Of a stretch of 64,000 nucleotides of DNA, positions 57,456 to 64,000 are shown piece by piece. A program made the position numbers and the translations under genes. Within the stretch, counting starts at the first letter, position 1; each line of letters opens with the position of its first letter. Source of the DNA: an uncultured bacterium (GTDB lineage Bacteria; Patescibacteriota; Minisyncoccia; Phycocordibacterales; UBA11359); the NCBI GenBank assembly GCA_903831815.1, contig CAIKZC010000001.1, forward strand, positions 20,188-84,187. The letters run 5' to 3'. The notes beneath the pieces were generated by a model. The model saw nothing but the letters and a program-made list of their open reading frames with translations, was not told where the DNA came from and ran no database searches.

Positions 57456-59162
57456 CTATAATTTATTAACCTCCTCAAAGGGGATAATTTTTTCAAAAGC
57501 TTTGAGTATGGCGTCTTCTTTCATAGTGAGCATTCCCTGAGCGCGGGCGATCTTGTTAATCTCAAGTTCGGTCGGATTTGTCAAAATTGCCGCTTCTATC
57601 TCTTTGGACATTGGCAACATTTCAAAAACCGCGACACGACCATGTGTACCCATCGGTGATTCCGGCGTCGGATTTATTTGATAAATAGACTGTGGATAAA
57701 TAATGGTTTTCTTGAATTCTGTTGGAACTTCCGCCAACTCTCGATCAATAATAGCCTTGATACTGCCATCAATCGGAACTTCTTTGACTGCCCGTGGAGC
57801 GGCCACGCCAACAAGTCTCTGAGCCACCGTCATAATAAGAGTTGGAGCGATGAGGTAAGGGTCAACACCCATATCAACAAGACGAGGAATGACGCCAACC
57901 GCATTGTTGGTGTGAATGGTAGAGAGCACAAGGTGACCGGTCAGCGCAGCTTGCACAGCAAGCTGCGCTGTCTCCTTATCTCTAATTTCACCGACCATAA
58001 TAACGTCAGGGTCTTGTCTCAAAGTTGTGCGCAAGCCGGTGGAAAAATCATAACCGATTTCCGGTCGCACCTGCGACTGACTTACACCATCAATACTGTA
58101 CTCAACCGGATCTTCCAAAGAAAGCACGTTGCTATGTTCCCTATCAACCTCATTAAGCATTGCATACAAAGTCGTGGATTTTCCGGAACCGGTCGGACCT
58201 GAGATCAAGATCATTCCGTAAGGTCGAGCGATTGCTTTACGCAAGAGATCAAGATTGCGTGGCGTCATACCCAATTTATCGAGCGGTCGCAAACCTTTTT
58301 CCTGATCAAGCAGACGGATCACCACTTTTTCACCATAAAACGCCGGAAATGTGGAAACACGAAAATCGATACGCTTACCTTCGATACGAGCGGAGAAACG
58401 TCCGTCTTGCGGTTTACGTTTTTCATCAAGACGCATACTGCACAAAATTTTGACACGAGCTACAAGTGACGAATGTATCTTTGTCGGCAAAACCAAACTG
58501 GTATTTAGCACGCCATCAACACGAAAACGAACGCGAATATTTTCTCGGAGCAATTCAATGTGAATATCGGAAGCGTCTCCCTCGGTCGCATAACGCAAAA
58601 TAGTCGCCACAATTTTTGTCACCGGCGCATCTTCAATGATTTTGGTATCTTCTTTTTTATCTTCAAGCTCGACGTTGAGCTCTTTTTCTCCGGTAAGCTC
58701 AGACTCGAGATCGGTCAAAGCCACTCCAACTTCACTTGAAATCCCCTTGTACATGCCAAGCACTTTGGCAAAATCTTCTTCGGAAATTAAAAAAACTTTA
58801 AAAGGAACATGTCGTTTGGAAGAAATAAAATTGAGCGCATCACGAGCTTCGATGTTATCAGGATCAACCAAACCAACTTCGAGCACTCCGTCTTTGAGAA
58901 CGAGCGGCACAAATTTATAATGCTCCGCCGACTCTTGTGGAATATAATCCAAAACATTAAAAGCCACTTCTATGCCTGCCAAACTTCTCCTTGGCACATC
59001 AAAAAGTTCTGATTTTGCCGCCAAAATATCCTCGCCATTTATGCCGCGGCGCAACAAAACATCTTCAACAGAAAGACCTTGTTGATCCACTTCACGCTCG
59101 ATGTCTGGAACATCATTTTTCGAGACTATATTTTTTTGAACCAAAATATCAATTAGGCTCAT
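57456..59162 (-). CDS. pilB: Type IV pilus assembly ATPase (GspE family)
   Basis: ASDIHIE, GPTGSGKST, LRQDPDVIMVGEIRD. Confidence 0.95.
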   Translation of the reverse strand: MSLIDILVQKNIVSKNDVPDIEREVDQQGLSVEDVLLRRGINGEDILAAKSELFDVPRRSLAGIEVAFNVLDYIPQESAEHYKFVPLVLKDGVLEVGLVDPDNIEARDALNFISSKRHVPFKVFLISEEDFAKVLGMYKGISSEVGVALTDLESELTGEKELNVELEDKKEDTKIIEDAPVTKIVATILRYATEGDASDIHIELLRENIRVRFRVDGVLNTSLVLPTKIHSSLVARVKILCSMRLDEKRKPQDGRFSARIEGKRIDFRVSTFPAFYGEKVVIRLLDQEKGLRPLDKLGMTPRNLDLLRKAIARPYGMILISGPTGSGKSTTLYAMLNEVDREHSNVLSLEDPVEYSIDGVSQSQVRPEIGYDFSTGLRTTLRQDPDVIMVGEIRDKETAQLAVQAALTGHLVLSTIHTNNAVGVIPRLVDMGVDPYLIAPTLIMTVAQRLVGVAAPRAVKEVPIDGSIKAIIDRELAEVPTEFKKTIIYPQSIYQINPTPESPMGTHGRVAVFEMLPMSKEIEAAILTNPTELEINKIARAQGMLTMKEDAILKAFEKIIPFEEVNKL

Positions 59163-59188
59163 GCAAAAAAGTTAACAATTATTAAAAT

Positions 59189-59539
59189 TTATTGCGCTCT
59201 TGGAAGCGCAACTTTTGGAGTCGAACTGCCTACGGAACCCGTACCATAGGTTGGCAAATATGGATTTGGTCGTCCGACTGGTTGTGGGGCGATATCAACA
59301 CTGCGATCTTGCAAAGTCGCAAAATCCGGATCTGAAAAGATCTGTCCATCAAGTTTTATGGATTGTAAACGACTAAGCCAAGACAAAACTTGCGCGCCGT
59401 TCGCGTTAGAGGTTGTTAGATTTTGATTGATAGGCACGAGGTCTGATTGTCCGTAAGCGATATTGGTGTACTGCGCTAAAGCAAAATACCCCGCCCCAAC
59501 AATCGCCGCCAAACCAAGTAATGAAATGAAGTAACGCAT
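59189..59539 (-). CDS. Pilus-associated protein at the PilP position, hypothetical
   Basis: N-terminal TM helix, GRPNPY; follows pilO. Confidence 0.65.
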   Translation of the reverse strand: MRYFISLLGLAAIVGAGYFALAQYTNIAYGQSDLVPINQNLTTSNANGAQVLSWLSRLQSIKLDGQIFSDPDFATLQDRSVDIAPQPVGRPNPYLPTYGTGSVGSSTPKVALPRAQ

Positions 59540-59543
59540 GATT

Positions 59544-60125
59544 TTATTTTGAATTTAATGTTGTTGCCGATATCGGATTTAACCAAAAAGCATTGACACC
59601 TAGATAAACTCTGTATCGATCGGGATTTTTGTTATCAGCCGTGAACGAAATCGATTTAATCTCGACGATACGCAAACTTTGTTCCAAATCTTTCAAAAAC
59701 GAGATCAGATTTTCGTAAGTTGTGCTGACGGAAAAAGAAAGTGCCATTTGTCCATAAGGTTTATTGGAAGAACCGATCGTTTTTGTCGTACTCGTTTTTT
59801 GATTTTGATCAGCCACGGATATATCTTGAACCGAAATACTATATCGCGATGCGATGCCTTGAATATCCAAAAACCATCGAATATTATCTACGTTATCCGG
59901 CAAAAGTTTTTGCAATTTAGCGAGATCGGCTTGATTAAAAGAATTTTCCGTGTCAACCAATTTTGCTTTTGTCGTTTCAAGTGTGGCGACGCTGGCCAAT
60001 GCACTATCAGAATCTTTTGATTGCGCCATCAAACCTTTTACGATTGTATACTGTGGATTGACCCACATGAAAAATCCGGCGATGGAAATAATGATCAGAA
60101 AGATTGGTAAAAGTGCTCGGTTCAT
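59544..60125 (-). CDS. pilO: Type IV pilus assembly protein PilO
   Basis: TM helix plus coiled coil, KLLP, YENL..FL..LEQSLR. Confidence 0.8.
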   Translation of the reverse strand: MNRALLPIFLIIISIAGFFMWVNPQYTIVKGLMAQSKDSDSALASVATLETTKAKLVDTENSFNQADLAKLQKLLPDNVDNIRWFLDIQGIASRYSISVQDISVADQNQKTSTTKTIGSSNKPYGQMALSFSVSTTYENLISFLKDLEQSLRIVEIKSISFTADNKNPDRYRVYLGVNAFWLNPISATTLNSK

Positions 60126-60706
60126 ATATTTGTAGTGTTATATTTAATGACCGACTGATCTATCGTAGCGGTAAATTTAAAAAGGACACCACCGTCAACA
60201 TCAAGCCCTAAGTTCGAGAAAACTTGATTTTGCAAATATGGTTTAGCTGAAAACGTATCCGATTGCAAAGCAACAGAAGCAAAGTTGGGAGCTTTGCCGC
60301 CGAGCGATAATGTCAACTTTCCTGTGTCGTCAGAAGTATATTTAAGATCGGTAAATTGAACAGACTGAACTGTGTTATTGGCTATAAGATCGAGCAACGT
60401 AGAAACCGCGCGGTGATTATCCAAAAGCGCATTAGCCGCTTGCATTCTTGAATTCAACTGAACGAAATGATCAATCGAAGAGACGTCGAAAGATTTAATG
60501 CGATTGGTCAATTCGGCATTTTTAGAAGCTATCGATTTTGCGAGAAAACCCTGATACAAAAATACTCCAACGGATGCGAGAGCGACGATGATGAAAATGA
60601 ACCAAGCCAAAACTGAAAATAAACTTACAGAAACCGGAGCTTTTTTGGCTTTGTTTTCTACAAGCGGTTGTTTGGGAATGAATGATGTTTGCAATTTTCC
60701 TTCCAT
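60122..60706 (-). CDS. pilN: PilN-like protein
   Basis: TSFIPK cytoplasmic motif plus TM helix; lies between pilM and pilO. Confidence 0.72.
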   Translation of the reverse strand: MEGKLQTSFIPKQPLVENKAKKAPVSVSLFSVLAWFIFIIVALASVGVFLYQGFLAKSIASKNAELTNRIKSFDVSSIDHFVQLNSRMQAANALLDNHRAVSTLLDLIANNTVQSVQFTDLKYTSDDTGKLTLSLGGKAPNFASVALQSDTFSAKPYLQNQVFSNLGLDVDGGVLFKFTATIDQSVIKYNTTNI

Positions 60707-60713
60707 AGGTTTT

Positions 60714-60727
60714 CACTATCTTAAGAT
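60714..60727 (-). promoter_or_regulatory. Conserved 14-bp upstream motif ATCTTAAGATAGTG, copy 3
   Basis: 7 nt before the pilN ATG. Confidence 0.65.
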
Positions 60728-60800
60728 AATTTTTTGTCTAGGTACTATTGTTTATTATTATACTACATCCAGTTTGCAATGAGAACATACTTTATCCACA

Positions 60801-61907
60801 CTACGACTCCTGAAGCATACGGAGTGCCGCACCGACCGCTACAGAAAATTCCGGATTGGCTGTTTTTAGGACGTCTCGTAGAAATGCCGGCGCCTCGACT
60901 TTCGAAAATGGATCACCGAGTGTAACGTCGATCTGAAAACTGCGCTTTGCAGTCGGCAAAATACCCTTTAACAACGATCCTCCACCGATCAAAATGACCT
61001 GATCGACGGTTTTGGCATATTTCTTTTCATAACTCAACAAAACTTGATTGGCTTCAGAGAAAATATAATCAAGAGTAATCGCGATTATACCAATAATATT
61101 TCTATCGGATTGCGTGGAAGAAATATCCGTCGAACGTTTCAAATTTTCCGCTTCAACAAAAGAAATGCTGTTGGCATTTGAAATAGCCAAAGTGATATCT
61201 TGCGAGCCACGATTAACTAGATGCGAATTTTTGATAACTCCTCGCTCGACAACATATAATTTTGTCGTTCCGGCGCCGATATCCACTATCATGGCTGATT
61301 TGGAATTTTGATCGAGCAACGCTCGTATAGTACTGAACATTTCTATCTCATAAAAAGCGGCGTTGAGATTGGTTTTGGCTCCGATTTCTTGGTATTTGGT
61401 GATCGTATCGTTGTGAATAGCCACGACCATAACATCGGTTTTCTCCGTTTTTATTTCATTTTCAGCTTGAAACATTTTGGCTTCTTTAGGAACAATGGAC
61501 CAGTCGAGCGATACTTCCGAGATCGGTACGGGAATATATTTGCGGGCTTCGATCGGGATCATTTGAGCAAGTTGTTTCTGATCGGACGTCGGCATTTCAA
61601 TCAGCGAAACAAGGCTTGCAACAAAAGGAATAGCCACAGCCGCACGTTTCGCCGTCACTGATGATTCTCGACAGAGGTCAATCAAAGCTTCGGCGATTTT
61701 ATCCGGCGGCAAGTTCATCGCCTTCCCCATTTCTTTTCCATCATATGGGGCAAGGGCAATTTCACCGTAAGTTTCAAGAACGGCACGGTCGTGTTTACGA
61801 GTTAGTTGAACAACTTTTATAGAAGAAGCGCCAATATCCACACCCAAAAAACTCTGGACCTTTGGAGGAAACAAATTTTTATAAAAATTTGATATGGAAA
61901 ATGCCAT
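60801..61907 (-). CDS. pilM: Type IV pilus assembly protein PilM
   Basis: GVDIGASSIKVV, EARKYIP, VDIGA, IGGGS, VAVGAALR. Confidence 0.93.
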   Translation of the reverse strand: MAFSISNFYKNLFPPKVQSFLGVDIGASSIKVVQLTRKHDRAVLETYGEIALAPYDGKEMGKAMNLPPDKIAEALIDLCRESSVTAKRAAVAIPFVASLVSLIEMPTSDQKQLAQMIPIEARKYIPVPISEVSLDWSIVPKEAKMFQAENEIKTEKTDVMVVAIHNDTITKYQEIGAKTNLNAAFYEIEMFSTIRALLDQNSKSAMIVDIGAGTTKLYVVERGVIKNSHLVNRGSQDITLAISNANSISFVEAENLKRSTDISSTQSDRNIIGIIAITLDYIFSEANQVLLSYEKKYAKTVDQVILIGGGSLLKGILPTAKRSFQIDVTLGDPFSKVEAPAFLRDVLKTANPEFSVAVGAALRMLQES

Positions 61908-61971
61908 GCTTTAAATGCTGTGTATTATTATATCACAAGAAAAATAAGACGTGATACGTTTAGTAGTGCAT

Positions 61972-62670
61972 ATGAATAAAACGATCAAGAAAATAATAGA
62001 CTTAATTGCCGAATTGTTTTTCCCGCAAGATCCGATTGAACTACAGGTGGCTGAGGTAGTATCGAATATTGCTAAAATTCAGTGCGATGAAGGTGACAGA
62101 ATAACCGTCTATCCACACCCCGCTTACAGCTTTTTTGCTTATCGTCATCCGACAATACGGTCCATGATTTGGCGGCTCAAATACCGTGGCGATAAGTCTG
62201 TAGCTACATTGTTTGCCAAAAGAATACATGACCAGTTATGCGAAGAGCTAGCGGAATTAGCGGAGTGGAAGGACTTCAAAAAACCCTTGCTTATAGCCAT
62301 ACCAGTCACCAAACGTAAATTACGAATACGCGGCTTTAATCAAAGCGCGGCCATATGTAAGGCTTTGGCTGATATAGATGAAGGTCGGTTTTTCCACTAC
62401 ATACCAAATGTCCTTTACAAGATAAAGGACACGAAAAGCCAAGCCCGCGTAAAGGACAAATTATCCCGACTCCAAAATCTAAAAGACAGTTTTGTTGTCA
62501 AGGACATTTCGGGTAATAGAAATAATGGGAGTGGCAAAAATGTTTTATTAGACCAAAACGTAATTTTACTTGACGACGTTTTGACCACCGGCAGTACCCT
62601 GACCGAGGCTTCACGTATTTTAAGAAATTCCGGTGCTCGAAATATTATTTGGGTTGTCGTTGCTCATTAA
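61972..62670 (+). CDS. comF: ComF family competence protein (PRTase fold)
   Basis: LKY, RGFNQS, LLDDVLTTGSTL. Confidence 0.88.
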   Translation: MNKTIKKIIDLIAELFFPQDPIELQVAEVVSNIAKIQCDEGDRITVYPHPAYSFFAYRHPTIRSMIWRLKYRGDKSVATLFAKRIHDQLCEELAELAEWKDFKKPLLIAIPVTKRKLRIRGFNQSAAICKALADIDEGRFFHYIPNVLYKIKDTKSQARVKDKLSRLQNLKDSFVVKDISGNRNNGSGKNVLLDQNVILLDDVLTTGSTLTEASRILRNSGARNIIWVVVAH

Positions 62671-62759
62671 TCTTTTTACAAACCAAGTAGTAGACTTATC
62701 ACCCACAATTTGATAGCTTTGTGTCAGAATATAACTCGTACAAAGAAAGGAGACTGTTT

Positions 62760-63155
62760 ATGCCGCAAGCAACGACGCAAAAGCCAATGGGGCATATCAA
62801 AGTAATCTGTCTTCCTGTAGGTGAAGCTCCATATAAGGTTCGTAAGAAATGGATTGGGCTTGTCCTCCCATGCGATCCATTCATTGGCGCCCCTCAAGGA
62901 AACACACTTCGTGGTGTTGTTTCCAAGAAAACAACGATCAGTTTTGCGAGCGGTGTCAGTGTCCCTCAAGATAAAGCGATCGAGATCTTGGAAAAATGGA
63001 ATAGGAAAGCGGCAAAATGGTTCAAGGACAACGGCTTTCCTAAGCCTGGGGAGTATTTCAACTTCGCCGAGGAAGAGATTCAAATCCTCGACGGTGTCAC
63101 TCGACAAGAGGTTGTTAAGGTCGAGGATGATGATTGGGGTAATCCCTGGCGATAA
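62760..63155 (+). CDS. Hypothetical protein
   Basis: SD AGGAG before MPQA; P.GEAP..VR.KWIGL.LP motif; followed by a terminator. Confidence 0.7.
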   Translation: MPQATTQKPMGHIKVICLPVGEAPYKVRKKWIGLVLPCDPFIGAPQGNTLRGVVSKKTTISFASGVSVPQDKAIEILEKWNRKAAKWFKDNGFPKPGEYFNFAEEEIQILDGVTRQEVVKVEDDDWGNPWR

Positions 63156-63180
63156 CATTTCTACTGACGGCACAATCGAC

Positions 63181-63216
63181 GGCCGCCTTCGCTTCGCGAA
63201 GGCGGCCCATCTTTTT
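63181..63216 (+). terminator. Intrinsic terminator
   Basis: GGCCGCCTTCGC-TTC-GCGAAGGCGGCC followed by a U-tract. Confidence 0.8.
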
Positions 63217-63255
63217 ATTCTGTAATATGTTCTGAGTATTTTCGGCGTTTTTAAT

Positions 63256-63699
63256 ATGTATAACGAAGATGAGGAAGAAAATGCGGAAAATATCAAAAAA
63301 ATGGAGTCGGTTATTCCCTCGCACTATGTACCGGCAGTAAGGGTGCTGTTATTTACTGCAGGTATCGTTCTCCTTCTAGCTATCCTCATCGATAAAGGAA
63401 TTCTCTTTTTCTATCTTTCTATCGGCATCATTGAAGTCGTCACTCTAATGATCTTTGCCGCTTTTACAGGCAAGGGATTTAAAGAAGTGTATATTTTAGA
63501 TTTTGGTATTTCTTTAATCTCGTTTCTGATCTTTGAATATTTCGCCGTCACCCGATATTATGCGATAAATACTTTTTGGGACCAGGTTTTCCTGGTTCGG
63601 CAAACACTGGCAATACTTTTTGTCCTGACAGTTTATTTCAGTACAAAAACCATGATTGCTCGTATTCTCTCAAAACCAAAAGAAGAAAATTCAGTGTAA
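63256..63699 (+). CDS. Four-TM membrane protein, hypothetical
   Basis: Four hydrophobic segments; LYFS.KT-like C-terminal motif. Confidence 0.7.
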   Translation: MYNEDEEENAENIKKMESVIPSHYVPAVRVLLFTAGIVLLLAILIDKGILFFYLSIGIIEVVTLMIFAAFTGKGFKEVYILDFGISLISFLIFEYFAVTRYYAINTFWDQVFLVRQTLAILFVLTVYFSTKTMIARILSKPKEENSV

Positions 63700-63731
63700 T
63701 TTTTTACTTGATCAACTATTTCGACGTTATC

Positions 63732-64000
63732 TTAATTCAGTAAAAATCTGAGTGTAGAAACAAGTCTAACTTTCTTGTATTCAGGAGAACCCGGATCTTT
63801 ATCCGTTATATCAAACACGCCTTGATTCCCTCGAGATACAGCACCTAGAGAGGACCCGGATTTTTGAGCAAATTGCAGTGCGGTGTCTTTCGCGTTTTTA
63901 ATTGCTTCGGTAAGCATATCTGGCTTTATACTATTTATGTCTGAAACTTCAAAAGAAATGTTGTTTTGGTTCAAGATCACACCTTTTTTGACTAAAAGTA
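63732..64000 (-). CDS. SIMPL (DUF541) domain protein, 3' part
   Basis: IKPDML.EA.KNA..A..FA..SGS.LG..ANQG-like, KKVRLVST; starts beyond the window end. Confidence 0.8.
   Translation of the reverse strand, partial: LLVKKGVILNQNNISFEVSDINSIKPDMLTEAIKNAKDTALQFAQKSGSSLGAVSRGNQGVFDITDKDPGSPEYKKVRLVSTLRFLLN

Noticed and set aside
62724-63296. 190-aa minus-strand ORF and 134-aa alternative-frame ORF
   Set aside because: Shadows of the plus-strand gene 62760-63155, which has an SD and a terminator.

Overview
Chromosomal window from a Patescibacteria (CPR, Parcubacteria-like) bacterium using genetic code 11. The assignment rests on gene content and order: split transketolase-rpe-rpiB-gap, a long type IV pilus locus with comF, and short-leader promoters. 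Most of the window is housekeeping: htpX/lemA, secG, RNase J, a MacAB-type ABC exporter, pyrD, a DEAD-box helicase, ABC-F, pyrG, ftsEX, prfB, gatCA, ligA, pilMNO-pilB-pilT-pilC, seven pilins, pilD and comF, plus 7 tRNA genes. The main accessory signals are: (1) a complete-looking 4.7-kb integrative rolling-circle element (7267-11968) in the 3' end of tRNA-Ser. It carries a gene II/X-type Rep, a hairpin origin and a large serine recombinase whose C-terminus appears to be split off at the far att site. (2) A very compact 190-nt group I intron in the anticodon loop of tRNA-Thr(GGU), close to a free-standing LAGLIDADG gene that overlaps tRNA-Asp. (3) A ~350-nt highly structured candidate ncRNA upstream of prfB. 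(4) A tandem 'gap-X-rpiB' slot marked by duplicated gene-end scars. (5) A 14-bp motif placed 6-7 nt before three start codons, two in pilus genes and one in the efflux operon. All calls come from reading the sequence by eye; no database searches were run.
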